A stretch of 64,000 nt of DNA from Alphaproteobacteria bacterium (GCA_965261735.1 OZ253470.1:1696001-1760000), one strand, 5' to 3'. Shown: positions 30,538-43,722, counted from the stretch's first letter. Made by a program: numbers and translations. The notes: a model not told the origin generated them from the sequence alone.

Positions 30538-31056
30538 ATGCGGATCATCGGACTCGATCCCGGCCTGCGCACGACCGGCTGGGGCGTCATCGCCGTCGCC
30601 GGCAATCATCTGCGCCACGTGGCCAATGGTGCGGTGAAGACCTCGGCGGCGGCATCCCTGGCCGAGCGCTTATGCGAAATCCACGACGGCCTAAGCGCGG
30701 TGTGCGCCGAGCACGCCCCAGAAGAGGCGGCGGTCGAGGAGACCTTCGTCAACCGCAATCCGGCCTCGGCGCTGAAGCTCGGCCAGGCCCGCGGCGTCGT
30801 GCTCCTGGTGCCAGCCCGGGCCGGCCTTGCCGTCCACGAGTACGCCGCGAACCTGGTCAAGAAGACGGTGGTCGGCACCGGCCATGCCGACAAGGCTCAG
30901 ATCAACGCCATGGTCCGGGTGCTGCTTCCGGGCTGCGCCGTCGCTGGCGCCGACGCCGCCGATGCGCTCGCCGTGGCGATCTGCCATGCCCATCACCGTA
31001 ACGCGCGCACGCTCGCGGCGGCCGCCGCCGCCGCCGCCGCGGGAGCGGCCGCGTGA
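30538..31056 (+). CDS. ruvC: Holliday junction resolvase
   Basis: [22 protein letters not shown]. Confidence 0.96.
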   Translation: MRIIGLDPGLRTTGWGVIAVAGNHLRHVANGAVKTSAAASLAERLCEIHDGLSAVCAEHAPEEAAVEETFVNRNPASALKLGQARGVVLLVPARAGLAVHEYAANLVKKTVVGTGHADKAQINAMVRVLLPGCAVAGADAADALAVAICHAHHRNARTLAAAAAAAAAGAAA

Positions 31057-31649
31057 TAGCCAAGTTGACCGGGCGCCGCGACGCCATCGACGAGGACTCG
31101 GTGATCGTCGACGTTGGTGGCGTCGGCTATCACGTGTTCTGCTCGGCGCGCACGCTGGCCGCGCTGCCGCCCGCCGGCGCGCTCGTCAGCCTCACGGTCG
31201 AGACCCACGTGCGCGAGGACCACATCCATCTCTATGGCTTCGCCAGTACCGACGAGCGCGACTGGTTCCGCCTCCTGCAGAACATACAGGGCGTTGGCGC
31301 GAGGCTCGCGCTGCGCCTGCTCGCGGTGCTCGCCGTGGGCGAGCTCATCGAGACGATCGCGAGCCAGGACCACGCGCGGCTTACGCAGGCCAACGGCGTC
31401 GGTGCCAAGCTCGCGCGCCGCATCATCGGCGAGCTCAAGGACCGGGTGCCGAGCGTGGGCGCCCCCGCGGCGACGGCCGCCGTCGCCGCGCTCGGCGGAC
31501 CCACGGGCGATGCGGTATCGGCGCTCGTCAATCTCGGCTACGGGCGCAGCGAGGCGTTCGGCGCGGTGGCGGCGGCGCAGCGCGACCTCGGCCATGAGGT
31601 CGGGATCGAGGCGCTGATCCGCGGCGGCCTACGGGAGCTCGCCGGTTGA
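31053..31649 (+). CDS. ruvA: Holliday junction branch migration protein
   Basis: DVGGVGY, VRED..LYGF, HhH motifs. Confidence 0.95.
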   Translation: MIAKLTGRRDAIDEDSVIVDVGGVGYHVFCSARTLAALPPAGALVSLTVETHVREDHIHLYGFASTDERDWFRLLQNIQGVGARLALRLLAVLAVGELIETIASQDHARLTQANGVGAKLARRIIGELKDRVPSVGAPAATAAVAALGGPTGDAVSALVNLGYGRSEAFGAVAAAQRDLGHEVGIEALIRGGLRELAG

Positions 31650-32713
31650 GCGAGGAGCGCCTGGTGGCGGCCGACGCGCAAGGCGATGACGGGCCGGAAC
31701 TGAGCCTGCGCCCGCGCAGTCTCGACGATTTCGTCGGCCAGCGCACGGTGTGCGCCAATCTGCGCGTATTCATCGAGGCCGCCCGGGCGCGCGGCGAGGC
31801 CCTCGACCACGTGCTGTTTGCCGGTCCCCCCGGGCTCGGCAAGACAACGCTCGCGCAAATCACCGCGCGCGAGCTCGGCGTCAATTTCCGAGCCACCTCC
31901 GGGCCCGTGATTGCCCGCCCCGGCGACCTCGCCGCCCTGCTCACCAACCTGCAGGAGCGTGACGCCCTGTTCATCGACGAGATCCACCGCCTGAGCCCGA
32001 TCGTCGAGGAAATCCTGTACCCGGCGATGGAGGACTTCCAGCTCGACCTCATCATCGGCGAAGGGCCAGCGGCGCGCTCGGTGCGCATCGACCTTCCGCG
32101 CTTCACCCTGATCGGCGCGACCACGCGCTCGGGCCTGCTGACGACGCCGCTCCGCGACCGCTTCGGCATACCGGCGCGGCTCGATTTCTACGAGCCCGAC
32201 GATCTCCAGACGATCGTCTCGCGCGCCGCCACCGTGCTCGACGTCGCGCTTACCGCCGCCGGCGCCGCCGAGATCGCGCGCCGTGCGCGCGGCTCGCCCC
32301 GGGTCGCCGGGCGCCTGCTGCGGCGCGTGCGCGACTACGCGGCGGTCGCCGGCCTGGCCACCATCGATGCGGCTGAGGCCGACGGCGCGCTCGACCGCCT
32401 CGAGGTCGACGGCCGTGGACTCGATGCCATGGACAGGCGCTATCTCATCCTCATCGCCGAGGCCTATGGCGGCGGACCGGTCGGCATCGACACGCTGTCG
32501 GCGGCACTGTCGGAGCCGCGCGACGCCATCGAGGACATCATCGAGCCGTTCCTCATACAGCGCGGGCTGGTGCAGCGAACGCCGCGTGGCCGCCTGCTTA
32601 CGGCCGGCGCGTTCGAGCATCTCGGCGTTGCCATGCCGCCCGCAGCGACGCGCCAGTTCGAGCTTTTGGCGAGCGCAGGGGCCGGGCGCGCCACGCCCGA
32701 GACAGCGGACTGA
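31646..32713 (+). CDS. ruvB: Holliday junction DNA helicase
   Basis: [21 protein letters not shown]. Confidence 0.97.
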   Translation: MSEERLVAADAQGDDGPELSLRPRSLDDFVGQRTVCANLRVFIEAARARGEALDHVLFAGPPGLGKTTLAQITARELGVNFRATSGPVIARPGDLAALLTNLQERDALFIDEIHRLSPIVEEILYPAMEDFQLDLIIGEGPAARSVRIDLPRFTLIGATTRSGLLTTPLRDRFGIPARLDFYEPDDLQTIVSRAATVLDVALTAAGAAEIARRARGSPRVAGRLLRRVRDYAAVAGLATIDAAEADGALDRLEVDGRGLDAMDRRYLILIAEAYGGGPVGIDTLSAALSEPRDAIEDIIEPFLIQRGLVQRTPRGRLLTAGAFEHLGVAMPPAATRQFELLASAGAGRATPETAD

Positions 32714-32775
32714 CATGACGACGCGACGCGAGAGGCGTATCGCCAGGATCATCGTGATTACCAAGGGAGGGGTCC

Positions 32776-33986
<1,211 letters not shown>

Positions 33987-33990
33987 GCCC

Positions 33991-34881
33991 GTGCGCGACG
34001 CGGTGACCATATCGGCTGCGCTGCACGTCGTCGTCCTGACCGTCTCGTACTTCGGCCTGCCCGCCCTGTTCGATGCCGGGCCGCCGGCCGACGTCATCAT
34101 TCCCGTCGAGGTCGTGACGATCGCCGCCGAGACGACCCCGGTGCCCGTCGAGCCGCCGGCCGAGAAGAAGCCGGAGGTGCCGCCGCCCGTGGCCAAGCCC
34201 GAGCCGGCCCCGCCGGAGAAGAAACAACCCCCACCGGAGCCCGCGGCCGCACCGCCCGAGCCGGTGCCCGAACCGGAGACGGTGGTCGCCGCGTTGCCGC
34301 CGGAGTCCGAGGCCAAGCCGGAGCCGCCACCCAAGCCTGCAGCCAAGCCGCAACCGCCCAAGCGCCGGCCGGCGCTGCGCCGGCCGCCCAAGCCGCTGCC
34401 CAAGCCGGCCAAGCCGGAATCGTTCGATTCCGCCCGCATCAGTGCGCTTATCGACAAGAGCCGGGAGCGCAAGCCGCAGGTGCTGAAACCGCCGCCAACG
34501 GCCGCGGCGCCGGCACCCACGGCCGCCGCCGTCGCCCCGCCGAGCCCGATCGAGACCGCCCTCACGGTCAGCGAAAAAGACTTCATCCGCCTCAAGTTTC
34601 GCGACTGCTGGAGTATTCCGAGCGGCGCCAAGGACTTCGAGGGGATGGAGGTCACCGTCCGCATCTACCTCAACCGCGACGGATCGCTTAGCGACGAGCC
34701 GAAAGTCGTCGACCAGGCCGAGCGCCGCCGCGCCGCCGCCGACGTTTTTTACCGCGTCTTCGTTGAAAGCGCCGTGCGGGCCGTGCGCAAATGCGATCCA
34801 CTAGAAATGCCACCACGGATGAGCTATGAAAAATGGCGCGAAATAGAGTTCACCTTCTCGCCCCGGGACATGCTGGGCTGA
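33991..34881 (+). CDS. tolA: TolA (TM + Pro-rich linker + TonB-C-like domain)
   Basis: SAALH TM motif; lies between tolR and tolB. Confidence 0.85.
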   Translation: MRDAVTISAALHVVVLTVSYFGLPALFDAGPPADVIIPVEVVTIAAETTPVPVEPPAEKKPEVPPPVAKPEPAPPEKKQPPPEPAAAPPEPVPEPETVVAALPPESEAKPEPPPKPAAKPQPPKRRPALRRPPKPLPKPAKPESFDSARISALIDKSRERKPQVLKPPPTAAAPAPTAAAVAPPSPIETALTVSEKDFIRLKFRDCWSIPSGAKDFEGMEVTVRIYLNRDGSLSDEPKVVDQAERRRAAADVFYRVFVESAVRAVRKCDPLEMPPRMSYEKWREIEFTFSPRDMLG

Positions 34882-36230
34882 TGCGCGCCGTACTTCTCAT
34901 GAAGCGATCGCGCGCGCGTGCGGCCGTGGCCGCGATCGTCCTCCTTGTCGCGAGCCTCGCTGCCGGCTCCGCACATGCCGTGCTCAAGATCGACATCACG
35001 AGCGGCAACGTCGATCCGCTACCCGTCGCGGTGACTGATTTTCTCGGCGAGGACGCGCGCGCCGCGCGCACGGGCGCCGACATCGCCCGAGTCATAAGCG
35101 CCAACCTCGAGCGCTCGGGCCTGTTTCACCCGATCGATCCCGGCGCGTTCATCCAGAGCCCGGAGGCGATGCGCGTGCAGCCGCGTTTCGGTGACTGGCG
35201 TATCATCGACGCCCAGGCCCTGGTCACCGGTCGGGTCGAGCTCGCCGACGACGGCCAGCTGCGGGTCGAATTCCGCTTGTGGGACGTGTTCGCCGAGCAG
35301 CAGATGACGGGCTTTCGCTACGCCACCACGCCCGAGAACTGGCGCCGCATCGCCCACATCGTCTCCGATTCCATCTACAAGCGGCTGACCGGCGAGGACG
35401 GTTATTTCGACTCGCGGATCGTTTATGTCGCTGAGACCGGGCCGCAGACGCGGCGCATCAAGCGCCTCGCCATCATGGACCAGGACGGCGAGCATCACCG
35501 CTTCCTGACCGATGGCCGACACCTGGTCCTGACCCCGCGATTCTCGCCGACGCGCCAGGAGATCACTTACCTGTCCTACTTCAACGACCGGCCCCGGGTG
35601 TACATCCTCGATATCGACAGTGGTCAGCAGGAGGTGCTCGGCGACTTCCCGGGCATGACGTTCGCCCCGCGCTTCTCGCCCGATGGTGAGCGCGTCATCA
35701 TGAGCCTGGCCGAGGAGGGCAACTCGGACATCTTCACGATGGACGTGCGCACGCAGCTGATCGAGCGGCTGACCAACCATCCCGCGATCGACACCTCGCC
35801 CTCCTATGCGCCCGACGGCAGCAGTGTCGTGTTCAACTCCGATCGCGGCGGCAGCCAGCAGCTCTACGTGATGGATGCAGACGGCCGCAGCATCCGGCGC
35901 ATAAGCTTTGGTGATGGTCGGTACGCGACCCCGGTGTGGTCGCCCCGCGGCGATCTCATAGCCTTCACCAAGATGCGGCGGGGGCGGTTCTTCATAGGTG
36001 TCATGCGTCCCGACGGCAGCGGCGAGCGGCTGCTCACCGAGAGCTTTCTCGATGAGGGACCGACCTGGGCGCCCAACGGTCGTGTCCTGATGTTCTTCCG
36101 GCAAACGCCGACCACCTCCGCGAGTGGCTCGGTGCGCCTGTACTCGATCGATCTCACCGGCTACAACGAGCGTCCGCAGATCACGCCGACGGACGCCTCG
36201 GACCCGGCGTGGTCGCCTTTGTCCCCTTGA
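34881..36230 (+). CDS. tolB: Tol-Pal beta-propeller protein
   Basis: GYFDSRI and repeated PxFSPDG/PxWSP blades. Confidence 0.96.
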   Translation: MRAVLLMKRSRARAAVAAIVLLVASLAAGSAHAVLKIDITSGNVDPLPVAVTDFLGEDARAARTGADIARVISANLERSGLFHPIDPGAFIQSPEAMRVQPRFGDWRIIDAQALVTGRVELADDGQLRVEFRLWDVFAEQQMTGFRYATTPENWRRIAHIVSDSIYKRLTGEDGYFDSRIVYVAETGPQTRRIKRLAIMDQDGEHHRFLTDGRHLVLTPRFSPTRQEITYLSYFNDRPRVYILDIDSGQQEVLGDFPGMTFAPRFSPDGERVIMSLAEEGNSDIFTMDVRTQLIERLTNHPAIDTSPSYAPDGSSVVFNSDRGGSQQLYVMDADGRSIRRISFGDGRYATPVWSPRGDLIAFTKMRRGRFFIGVMRPDGSGERLLTESFLDEGPTWAPNGRVLMFFRQTPTTSASGSVRLYSIDLTGYNERPQITPTDASDPAWSPLSP

Positions 36231-36392
36231 TTCAACGAGTTCGCCGCTCTATAGTCGCTCGGGGTCCAAATCAGATAGAGTGCGCGCTAGAGCAATTCGT
36301 TGTGGCCAGCAACTGCGCGGTAATCGTGCGCCACTTTTCCTTTCGTTATTTCGATCATCATTACTCGCTTTCCTTTGAACGGAGAATCTTCG

Positions 36393-36929
36393 ATGCGCCT
36401 TAGGTTATTCTCCTCGTTTGCCGCCCTCCTGCTTTTAGCCGCGTGCGAAACGGCAGGCACGGGAGAGGGCGAAGCCGGCGGCTCCGGCGAAGGGACCACC
36501 ACGACCACGACGCCAGTGGCTTCGCAGCCCGCGCCCGCGCAGGCGACGCAGCCAGCGCCAGCGGGTCCGACGCCGGGTAGTGCCGAGCACCTGGTGGCCG
36601 AGGTGGGCGATCGCGTGTTCTTCGATTTCGACAAGTATGACCTCAAGCCCGGTGCCCGCGACACGCTGCGCGAGCAGGCGAACTGGCTGAAGCAGTTCCC
36701 TTCCGTGACCGTGACCATCGAGGGCCATTGCGACGAACGCGGGACGCGCGAGTACAACTTGGCGTTGGGCGAGCGGCGCGCCGCCTCCGTCAAGGACTAC
36801 CTCGCCGGCCTCGGCATTTCCACGAGCCGCATCGCCACCATCTCCTACGGCAAGGAGCGGCCCGAGGCAGAGGGCCATATCGAATCTGCGTGGTCGCAGA
36901 ACCGTCGCGGAGTGATGGTCGTCAACTAG
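36393..36929 (+). CDS. pal: Peptidoglycan-associated lipoprotein
   Basis: LAAC lipobox, EGHCDERGTREYNLALGERRA. Confidence 0.96.
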   Translation: MRLRLFSSFAALLLLAACETAGTGEGEAGGSGEGTTTTTTPVASQPAPAQATQPAPAGPTPGSAEHLVAEVGDRVFFDFDKYDLKPGARDTLREQANWLKQFPSVTVTIEGHCDERGTREYNLALGERRAASVKDYLAGLGISTSRIATISYGKERPEAEGHIESAWSQNRRGVMVVN

Positions 36930-37073
36930 GCGGTCCGGGCTGGGTTGCGGCTGAGGTCGCGCCAGGCGCTGCCGGCGCCGGCCCGTGTTCTTAATCTCGC
37001 CAAATTGTGCGTGCATACTCGGCGCCGGACGCCCCAGGAGTCGTCTGCGCGAAACCGGCAGGAGAGACACGCC

Positions 37074-38021
37074 ATGAGATGGCGGCACGTGCTCGGACTC
37101 GCGGCGGTGGTCGGACTGGCGGCCATAGCCGGACCCGATAGGAGCGCAGCCCAGAGCAACGAGGTGCGCGCGCTCATCCTTCAGGTCGAACAACTCCGGC
37201 GCCAGCTCAACGATTTGCAGCGCGAATACTATCGCCGCCCGTCGACAGGCACAGCGGCAGCCACCAGTGGACCGGGTGCGGGCGCGGCACCTCCCGCGGT
37301 GGCCGAAAACCTGCTGGAGCGGCAGGAGAAGCTGCGCGCCAACTTCGAGAGCCGCGTCGGTCACCTGACGGGGATGGTGGAAAAGCTGGTCTTCGACATG
37401 GCTCAGATAAAAAAGAGGCTCGACAAGCTGGTGAGCGACGCCGATTTCAGACTCGGCGAGATCGAACAATCGGTCAGCGCTTTACACCAAAGCCTCGCCG
37501 GTGGGTCGGTCATCGCAGGTGCCGTGGAGGATGCGCCGGCGGCGTCGGCCTCGGGGCAGGCCGTGTCTGCGGCCGGCGCACCGACCACGGTCGCTGCGGC
37601 GACGCCCCCCGCGCCGACCGGCGTGCTGCCCGAAGGCACGGTGCAAGAGCGCTTCGACCACGCGTTCTCGCTCATCCGCCAGCTCGACTTCGAGGCCGCC
37701 GAACGGGCGTTCAAGGAGTTTCTCGAAACCCACCCCGACCATGAGCTGGCCGGCAATGGCCACTTCTGGCTCGGCAGGACCTACTTTGTGCGCCGCAGCT
37801 ACCCCGATGCCGCGGCCGCCTTCCTCGATGGCTACAACAAGGCGCCCGCGGGCCAGAAGGCGGCCGACAATCTGCTCAATCTCGGCATGGCGCTGAGGCA
37901 GATGGGACAGAACGAGGAGGCGTGCACGACCTTCGCGGAGCTCATCGAGAAGTTCGACGAGGCGCCGGCGCGGATCAAGTCGCGCGCCGAGAGCGAGGGT
38001 CAACAAGCCGGATGCACCTGA
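37074..38021 (+). CDS. cpoB: Tol-Pal coiled-coil/TPR protein
   Basis: Signal peptide, coiled coil and TPRs; follows pal. Confidence 0.88.
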   Translation: MRWRHVLGLAAVVGLAAIAGPDRSAAQSNEVRALILQVEQLRRQLNDLQREYYRRPSTGTAAATSGPGAGAAPPAVAENLLERQEKLRANFESRVGHLTGMVEKLVFDMAQIKKRLDKLVSDADFRLGEIEQSVSALHQSLAGGSVIAGAVEDAPAASASGQAVSAAGAPTTVAAATPPAPTGVLPEGTVQERFDHAFSLIRQLDFEAAERAFKEFLETHPDHELAGNGHFWLGRTYFVRRSYPDAAAAFLDGYNKAPAGQKAADNLLNLGMALRQMGQNEEACTTFAELIEKFDEAPARIKSRAESEGQQAGCT

Positions 38022-39380
38022 GTGGCCGCGCGCGAGCCCGCCGCAGCCCCTCCACTGACGCCCGAGGCGTTCGCCGCCCTCATCGCCCCGTTGGGGCCCT
38101 TCACCCAGGCCCACATCGCCGTCGCCACGTCGGGCGGGCCCGATAGCCTCGCGCTGTGCCGCCTCGCGCACGCCTGGGCCCGCGCCCAGGGGCACCGCAT
38201 CACGGCGCTGACCGTCGATCACGGACTGCAGCCAGGGAGCACACGGGAGGCGCGCCAAACCGGCCGTTGGCTGAGCTCGCACGGCATCGCGCACCACGTC
38301 CTGCGCTGGCGCGGAGCCAAGCCGGAACACGGCATCCAGGCTGCAGCGCGCGACGCCCGCTACCGCCTCCTCCTCGACTGGTGCCGCGCCCACGGCGCGG
38401 TCCACCTCCTGCTCGGCCACCAACGAGAAGACCAGGCCGAGACCGTGCTGATGCGGCTCGCACAGGGTAGCGGCGGTGACGGGCTCGCGGCCATGGCTCG
38501 CGTCAGCGAGCGCGCTGGCGTGCGCCTTCTGCGGCCCTGCCTCGGTGTGCCCCGGGCACGCCTCGTCGCGACACTGGTAGCGCTCGGGCAGCAGTGGCTC
38601 GATGATCCTTCCAACGTCGATATCGCCCACGCACGGGTTCGTATGCGGCGCGCGATGGCAACGCTACGGGCCGCCGGGATTACGGCGCCGCGGCTGGCCG
38701 CCGCCGCGCGCCGCGCAGGCGGGGCTCGCGCCGAACTCGAAGAGGCGACGTGCGCACTGCTCGGCCGCGCGGCCGCGCTGTATCCGTCCGGTTATTGCCT
38801 TCTCGATCCGGCCGGCTTCGCCGCCGCCCCGGCGGCCATCGCCCGGCGCGCGCTCGCGCGAATCCTCATGTGCGTCGGCGGCGCCCCCTATCCGCCGCGC
38901 GGGCACCGGCTCGAGCGCCTCTTCGCGGCGCTCCGCGGCGGCAGCCTGGGCGGTGGGCGGACGCTGCTCGGCTGCCGCGTCGTCCCCATCCGCGGGGCGC
39001 TCCTGTTTTGTCGCGAGGCGCGGTCGACCGCCCGAACGATCGCCATCGCGCCGGGCGAGGAGGTGTTGTGGGACGGCCGCTTCGTCGTTCGAGCGCGCGC
39101 TAGCGGCGCCGTCGCGGCGCCCGCTCGCCCCATCCTCATCGTTCGCACCCTGGGGCGCGAGGGTTGGGCCGAGATCGCAGGCGCCGCGACGGGGGCGCGA
39201 TCGTTACTCGTACCGGCGCCGGCGCGCGCGACCCTGCCGGCGTTGTGGCGCGGCCGTCGCGTCGCGGCGGTCCCGCCGCTCGACTACCGGGCCGAGGACC
39301 TGCTCGGCGATTACGGGGCGATCAGCGCTCATTTCAGGCCGGCGCAGGCCCTGGGACCGGCGCCGTTTTCGGTTGTTTGA
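38022..39380 (+). CDS. tilS: tRNA(Ile)-lysidine synthetase
   Basis: SGGPDS, VDHGL, ARDARY, HQREDQAET, DPSN. Confidence 0.94.
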   Translation: MAAREPAAAPPLTPEAFAALIAPLGPFTQAHIAVATSGGPDSLALCRLAHAWARAQGHRITALTVDHGLQPGSTREARQTGRWLSSHGIAHHVLRWRGAKPEHGIQAAARDARYRLLLDWCRAHGAVHLLLGHQREDQAETVLMRLAQGSGGDGLAAMARVSERAGVRLLRPCLGVPRARLVATLVALGQQWLDDPSNVDIAHARVRMRRAMATLRAAGITAPRLAAAARRAGGARAELEEATCALLGRAAALYPSGYCLLDPAGFAAAPAAIARRALARILMCVGGAPYPPRGHRLERLFAALRGGSLGGGRTLLGCRVVPIRGALLFCREARSTARTIAIAPGEEVLWDGRFVVRARASGAVAAPARPILIVRTLGREGWAEIAGAATGARSLLVPAPARATLPALWRGRRVAAVPPLDYRAEDLLGDYGAISAHFRPAQALGPAPFSVV

Positions 39381-39400
39381 AGGCCGCGACATCCCATTTA
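39372..39400 (+). promoter_or_regulatory. Possible RpoH-type promoter of ftsH
   Basis: GTTG-17-CCCATTTA. Confidence 0.4.
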
Positions 39401-39436
39401 ATGTCTACGGTCGCCACTAATGTCTACGGTCGCCAC
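39399..39436. repeat. Perfect 19-bp tandem duplication
   Basis: TAATGTCTACGGTCGCCAC x2. Confidence 0.95.
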
Positions 39437-39521
39437 GATAGATTACGTGGGTCCGCGGTTTCTGGTGTAACCTAGGGATTGGGAGGTGCGCCGCGTGCGC
39501 CCCCGAGAAGAGGCTGGAGGT

Positions 39522-41444
39522 TTGAACAACTTCGGAAAAAATCTGGCGCTGTGGGTCATTGTTGTCCTGCTGCTGATCGCGCTGTTCAACCTGTTCCAGA
39601 GTTCCAACGGGCGCGGGCCCGTGCCGAATCTCGCGTTTACGGACTTCCTGGCCGAGGTCGAGCAGGGCGAGATCCACGACGTCACGATCAAGGGCAACGC
39701 CATCTCCGGCCACTACAACGACGGCCGCCCGTTCACGAGCTACGCACCCAATGATCCCAATCTGGTGCAGCGGCTGACGCAGCGCGGCGTCAGCATCAGC
39801 GCGGCGCCGGTCGACGACAACGTCCCCTCGCTGTTCGGCATCCTCGTGTCCTGGTTCCCGATGCTGCTGCTGATTGGGGTATGGATCTTCTTCATGCGCC
39901 AGATGCAGTCGGGCGGCAGCAAGGCCATGGGCTTCGGCAAGTCCAAGGCGCGCCTGCTCACCGAGCGCCAGGGCCGGGTCACCTTCGACGACGTAGCCGG
40001 CATCGACGAGGCCAAGGAGGAACTCGAGGAGATCGTCGAGTTCCTCAAAGACCCGGCCAAGTTCCAGCGCCTCGGCGGCAGGATCCCCAAGGGCGCCCTG
40101 CTCATCGGGCCGCCCGGCTCGGGCAAGACTTTGCTCGCGCGCGCCATCGCCGGCGAGGCCAACGTTCCCTTTTTCACCATCTCGGGCTCGGACTTCGTCG
40201 AGATGTTCGTGGGCGTGGGCGCGAGCCGCGTACGCGACATGTTCGATCAGGCCAAGAAGAACGCCCCGTGCATCGTTTTCATCGACGAGATCGACGCCGT
40301 CGGGCGTCACCGCGGCGCCGGGCTCGGCGGCGGCAACGACGAGCGCGAGCAGACCTTGAACCAGCTCCTCGTCGAAATGGACGGCTTCGAGACCAACGAA
40401 GGCGTGATCCTCGTGGCCGCCACCAACCGGCCGGACGTGCTCGACCCGGCCCTGCTCAGACCCGGCCGGTTCGACCGCCAGGTGGTGGTATCGAACCCCG
40501 ACATTCTCGGGCGCGAGAAGATTCTCAAGGTGCACATGCGCAAGGTGCCGCTCGGGCCCGACGTCGAACCCCGCGTCATCGCCCGCGGCACGCCCGGCTT
40601 TTCAGGGGCCGACCTCGCCAACCTCGTGAACGAGGCGGCACTGCTGGCGGCGCGCAAGGGCAAGCGCCTCGTCACCATGTCCGAGTTCGAGGAGTCCAAG
40701 GACAAGGTGATGATGGGGGCCGAGCGCCGCTCGCTCGTCATGACGGACGAGGAAAAGCGCCTCACCGCCTACCACGAAGCCGGCCACACGTTGGTCGCGG
40801 TCCACGTGCCGGGCCACGATCCGTTGCACAAGGTGACGATCATTCCACGCGGCCGCGCCCTCGGCCTGACCATGGCGCTGCCCGAGAAGGACCGCTACGG
40901 CTTCTCCAAGCACGAGCTCATCGCCAAGCTCACTATGATGTTCGGCGGCCGCGTCGCCGAGGAGATCATCTTCGGCGCCGAACACGTCACCACGGGCGGC
41001 GCCGACGACATCCGCCAGGCTACGGGGCTCGCCCGGCGCATGGTGACCGAGTGGGGCATGAGCGAAAAGCTCGGGCCCCTGCGCTACAACGAGAACGAGG
41101 AGGAGGTCTTCCTCGGCCACTCGGTCACCCAGCGCAAAAACGTTTCCGACGCGACGGCGAAGACGATCGACGACGAGGTGCGCCGCTTCATCGACGAAGC
41201 CGAGGAGCGGGCCCGCGCGATCCTGACCGAGCACCTCGACGAGCTGCACACGCTGGCCTCTGGGTTACTCGAATACGAAACCCTCAACGGCGACGAGATT
41301 CGGGCGGTACTGCGGGGCGAGCCGATCAGCAAGCATGAAGACCAGCCGGCACCGGAGGACCGCGGTGAGCACTCGTCGGTGCCTTCGAGCGGAGGCAAGA
41401 ACTCGCCCGGCGACCTCAGTCCGGAACCGCAGCCCGGTTCCTGA
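39522..41444 (+). CDS. ftsH: ATP-dependent zinc metalloprotease
   Basis: [26 protein letters not shown]; TTG start after GGAGG. Confidence 0.98.
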   Translation: MNNFGKNLALWVIVVLLLIALFNLFQSSNGRGPVPNLAFTDFLAEVEQGEIHDVTIKGNAISGHYNDGRPFTSYAPNDPNLVQRLTQRGVSISAAPVDDNVPSLFGILVSWFPMLLLIGVWIFFMRQMQSGGSKAMGFGKSKARLLTERQGRVTFDDVAGIDEAKEELEEIVEFLKDPAKFQRLGGRIPKGALLIGPPGSGKTLLARAIAGEANVPFFTISGSDFVEMFVGVGASRVRDMFDQAKKNAPCIVFIDEIDAVGRHRGAGLGGGNDEREQTLNQLLVEMDGFETNEGVILVAATNRPDVLDPALLRPGRFDRQVVVSNPDILGREKILKVHMRKVPLGPDVEPRVIARGTPGFSGADLANLVNEAALLAARKGKRLVTMSEFEESKDKVMMGAERRSLVMTDEEKRLTAYHEAGHTLVAVHVPGHDPLHKVTIIPRGRALGLTMALPEKDRYGFSKHELIAKLTMMFGGRVAEEIIFGAEHVTTGGADDIRQATGLARRMVTEWGMSEKLGPLRYNENEEEVFLGHSVTQRKNVSDATAKTIDDEVRRFIDEAEERARAILTEHLDELHTLASGLLEYETLNGDEIRAVLRGEPISKHEDQPAPEDRGEHSSVPSSGGKNSPGDLSPEPQPGS

Positions 41445-41459
41445 CCCCTCGCCCGGAAA

Positions 41460-42599
41460 GTGAGCGGCACGGCACCGCGCGCCTCGTTGCCGCCGCGCCT
41501 GCCGGCGGCCGCGCGCCTCTATCTCGAGCCCGTCGGTATACAGCCGGCCGATGATGTCGCGGAGGACATCGAGCGCGGCGAGGCGATGCGGCTCGCGGGT
41601 GGCCCGCTTGCGTTCGCCGATGTCGCGCTGACGGCGCGGCTACCCGACGGCGGCCTCGCTCGGGCGCGCGCATCGCTCGCCGCTTTGCGCGGCTGGGCGG
41701 CAGGCCAGCCGGAAACGGTGGCGGCGCGCGCCCATGCTCTTCTCGATAATCTAAGTACGCCGCGCGCGACCATCGCGGGGCTCGCATTTTCGCGCCCCCT
41801 CGTCATGGGCGTCATCAACGTCACGCCCGACAGCTTCGCCGATGGCGGCCTTCATTTCGAGCCCGCTGCCGCCATCCGCCACGGGCACCGCCTCATCGAG
41901 GAGGGTGCCGATATCCTCGATATCGGCGGCGAATCGACGCGCCCGGGAGCCGAGCCCGCCGGCGAAGCCGAGGAGCGGCGCCGGGTGCTGCCCGTGGTCG
42001 CCGGGCTCGCGGGATCGGCCGTGCCGCTCTCCATCGATACCCGGCGCGCGCGCATCATGGTGGCCGCCCTGGAAACGGGCGCGCGCATCATCAACGATAT
42101 CAGCGCCCTCACCTTCGATCCGGGGAGCCTGGAGGTTGCCGCCACGAGCGGTGCGCCCGTCATTCTCATGCACAGCCAGGGCGATCCCAAGACGATGCAG
42201 CAGGCGCCGTCCTATGACGACGCGGCGCTCGATGTCTTTGACTACCTCGCCGCGCGGGTGGCGACTTGTACGACCGCCGGCGTGCCGCGCGACCGGCTCA
42301 TCGTCGATCCCGGCATCGGCTTCGGTAAGACCGTGAGCCATAACGTCGAGATCCTGCGCGGGCTCAGCCTGTACCACGGGATCGGTACGCCGCTGCTGGT
42401 GGGCGTCTCGCGCAAGAGCTTTATCGCACGCCTGAGTCGCGGCGAGCCCGAAGGCGCGCGCCTGCCGGGTTCGCTGGCGGCGGCATTGGCGGCGGTCTCG
42501 GCTGGCGCGCAGATCGTGCGCGTCCACGACGTTGGCGAAACCCGGCAGGCGCTCGCGGTCGCGCGCGCTCTCGCCCACGGGCCGGCGGCGCCGCCCTAG
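41460..42599 (+). CDS. folP: Dihydropteroate synthase with N-terminal extension
   Basis: MGVINVTPDSF, GGESTRPGA, DPGIGFGK, SRKS, RVHDV. Confidence 0.95.
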   Translation: MSGTAPRASLPPRLPAAARLYLEPVGIQPADDVAEDIERGEAMRLAGGPLAFADVALTARLPDGGLARARASLAALRGWAAGQPETVAARAHALLDNLSTPRATIAGLAFSRPLVMGVINVTPDSFADGGLHFEPAAAIRHGHRLIEEGADILDIGGESTRPGAEPAGEAEERRRVLPVVAGLAGSAVPLSIDTRRARIMVAALETGARIINDISALTFDPGSLEVAATSGAPVILMHSQGDPKTMQQAPSYDDAALDVFDYLAARVATCTTAGVPRDRLIVDPGIGFGKTVSHNVEILRGLSLYHGIGTPLLVGVSRKSFIARLSRGEPEGARLPGSLAAALAAVSAGAQIVRVHDVGETRQALAVARALAHGPAAPP

Positions 42600-42610
42600 A
42601 TAAAACGGAA

Positions 42611-43636
42611 CCTGCTTATCCCTGAAAGTCATCCGGCGATGAGGAGGCGATAGGGCATGGGCTGGTTTCGTGCGGCGCTATGGACGAAACGCGGGATCAT
42701 TGTCTGGAGTTGATAGCGCCGGTTGTAGCGCCAGGCGAAGCTGGCGAGATAGCGTCCGGCATGGTCGGGGCCGAGCTTGCGATAAGTCCCGGTGATCGCG
42801 CTCTTGATGTTGCCGAGCGTCGTGTTCACCCATTTGAACGATGCCATGCGGGCCGCCTGGCGGCCCGACCCGGTGCGGATCGCCTGGTGGCTGCAGGCGG
42901 CTTCTTCGAGTGCGCTCCAGCAGCCCAGGCGGTCCGTCACAACCGCCGCGCCGGGGGCCAGCCAGTGCTTGGCGCCGCGCGCGATCTCGCGCTTGCGGAA
43001 GCCCTTGACCGGCGCCAGCTTCAGCTTGCGCGGGCGCCCCTCGGGACTGGTCGAGACCGCCGCCACGAAGGGCGTTTTGCCCGCCGCGCCGCGGCCCCGC
43101 TTGCCGCCGGAGCGCACCCCGCCGAGATAGGCGTCGTCCATCTCGACCCGCCCCGTAAGCGCCGTCTCCCCCTCGCGCCGCGCCATCACCGCCATGATCT
43201 TGTGCTTCACGGCCCAGGCCGTCGGCTGCTTGACCCCGAGACGGCGGCCGAGTTCCACCGACGAGATGCCGTTCTTCGCCGTCACGATCAGGTGGATGGC
43301 GGCAAACCAGACTGTCAGCGGCAGCTTGGTCGCGTGGAAGATCGTGCCCGCCGTGGGCGATGTCTGCTTCTTGCACCGGTTGCATTGATAGAGACCCCGA
43401 CCCGCCAACACGCAATGCTCCCGATGGCCGCAGCAGGGGCAGACGAAGCCGCCCGGCCAGCGCAGCCGGACCAGCGCCGCGCGGCACTGCTCCTTGGTGC
43501 CGAAGGCCTCCCGAAACGCCTCGTCGTTCAGACCACGCACGCGCGATGCAACCTTGAACCCCATAACCGTGACCCCCTCATACAGAACATATTGAGAACA
43601 TACATCCCCATAGGCGGAGTGTCACGGATAAGCAGG
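42611..43636 (-). mobile_element. IS1595-family element C (complete)
   Basis: TIR CCTGCTTATCC(C/G)TGA; 8-bp TSD AAACGGAA at 42603-42610 and 43637-43644. Confidence 0.95.
42629..43564 (-). CDS. IS1595-family transposase
   Basis: Zn ribbon CPCC..CNRC, VEMDDAYLGG, YLASFAWRYNRR. Confidence 0.93.
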   Translation of the reverse strand: MGFKVASRVRGLNDEAFREAFGTKEQCRAALVRLRWPGGFVCPCCGHREHCVLAGRGLYQCNRCKKQTSPTAGTIFHATKLPLTVWFAAIHLIVTAKNGISSVELGRRLGVKQPTAWAVKHKIMAVMARREGETALTGRVEMDDAYLGGVRSGGKRGRGAAGKTPFVAAVSTSPEGRPRKLKLAPVKGFRKREIARGAKHWLAPGAAVVTDRLGCWSALEEAACSHQAIRTGSGRQAARMASFKWVNTTLGNIKSAITGTYRKLGPDHAGRYLASFAWRYNRRYQLQTMIPRFVHSAARNQPMPYRLLIAG

Positions 43637-43722
43637 AAACGGAATAATCCTGCGACAGCGGCCACACAGGCGTTGCGATTCACGGTACTTTTAGGGTCTT
43701 GAAGCACACTGGGGGCAAAGGG

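Noticed and set aside
39399-39436. CRISPR-like repeat
   Set aside because: Two adjacent copies with no spacer and no cas genes; no CRISPR array is seen anywhere in the window
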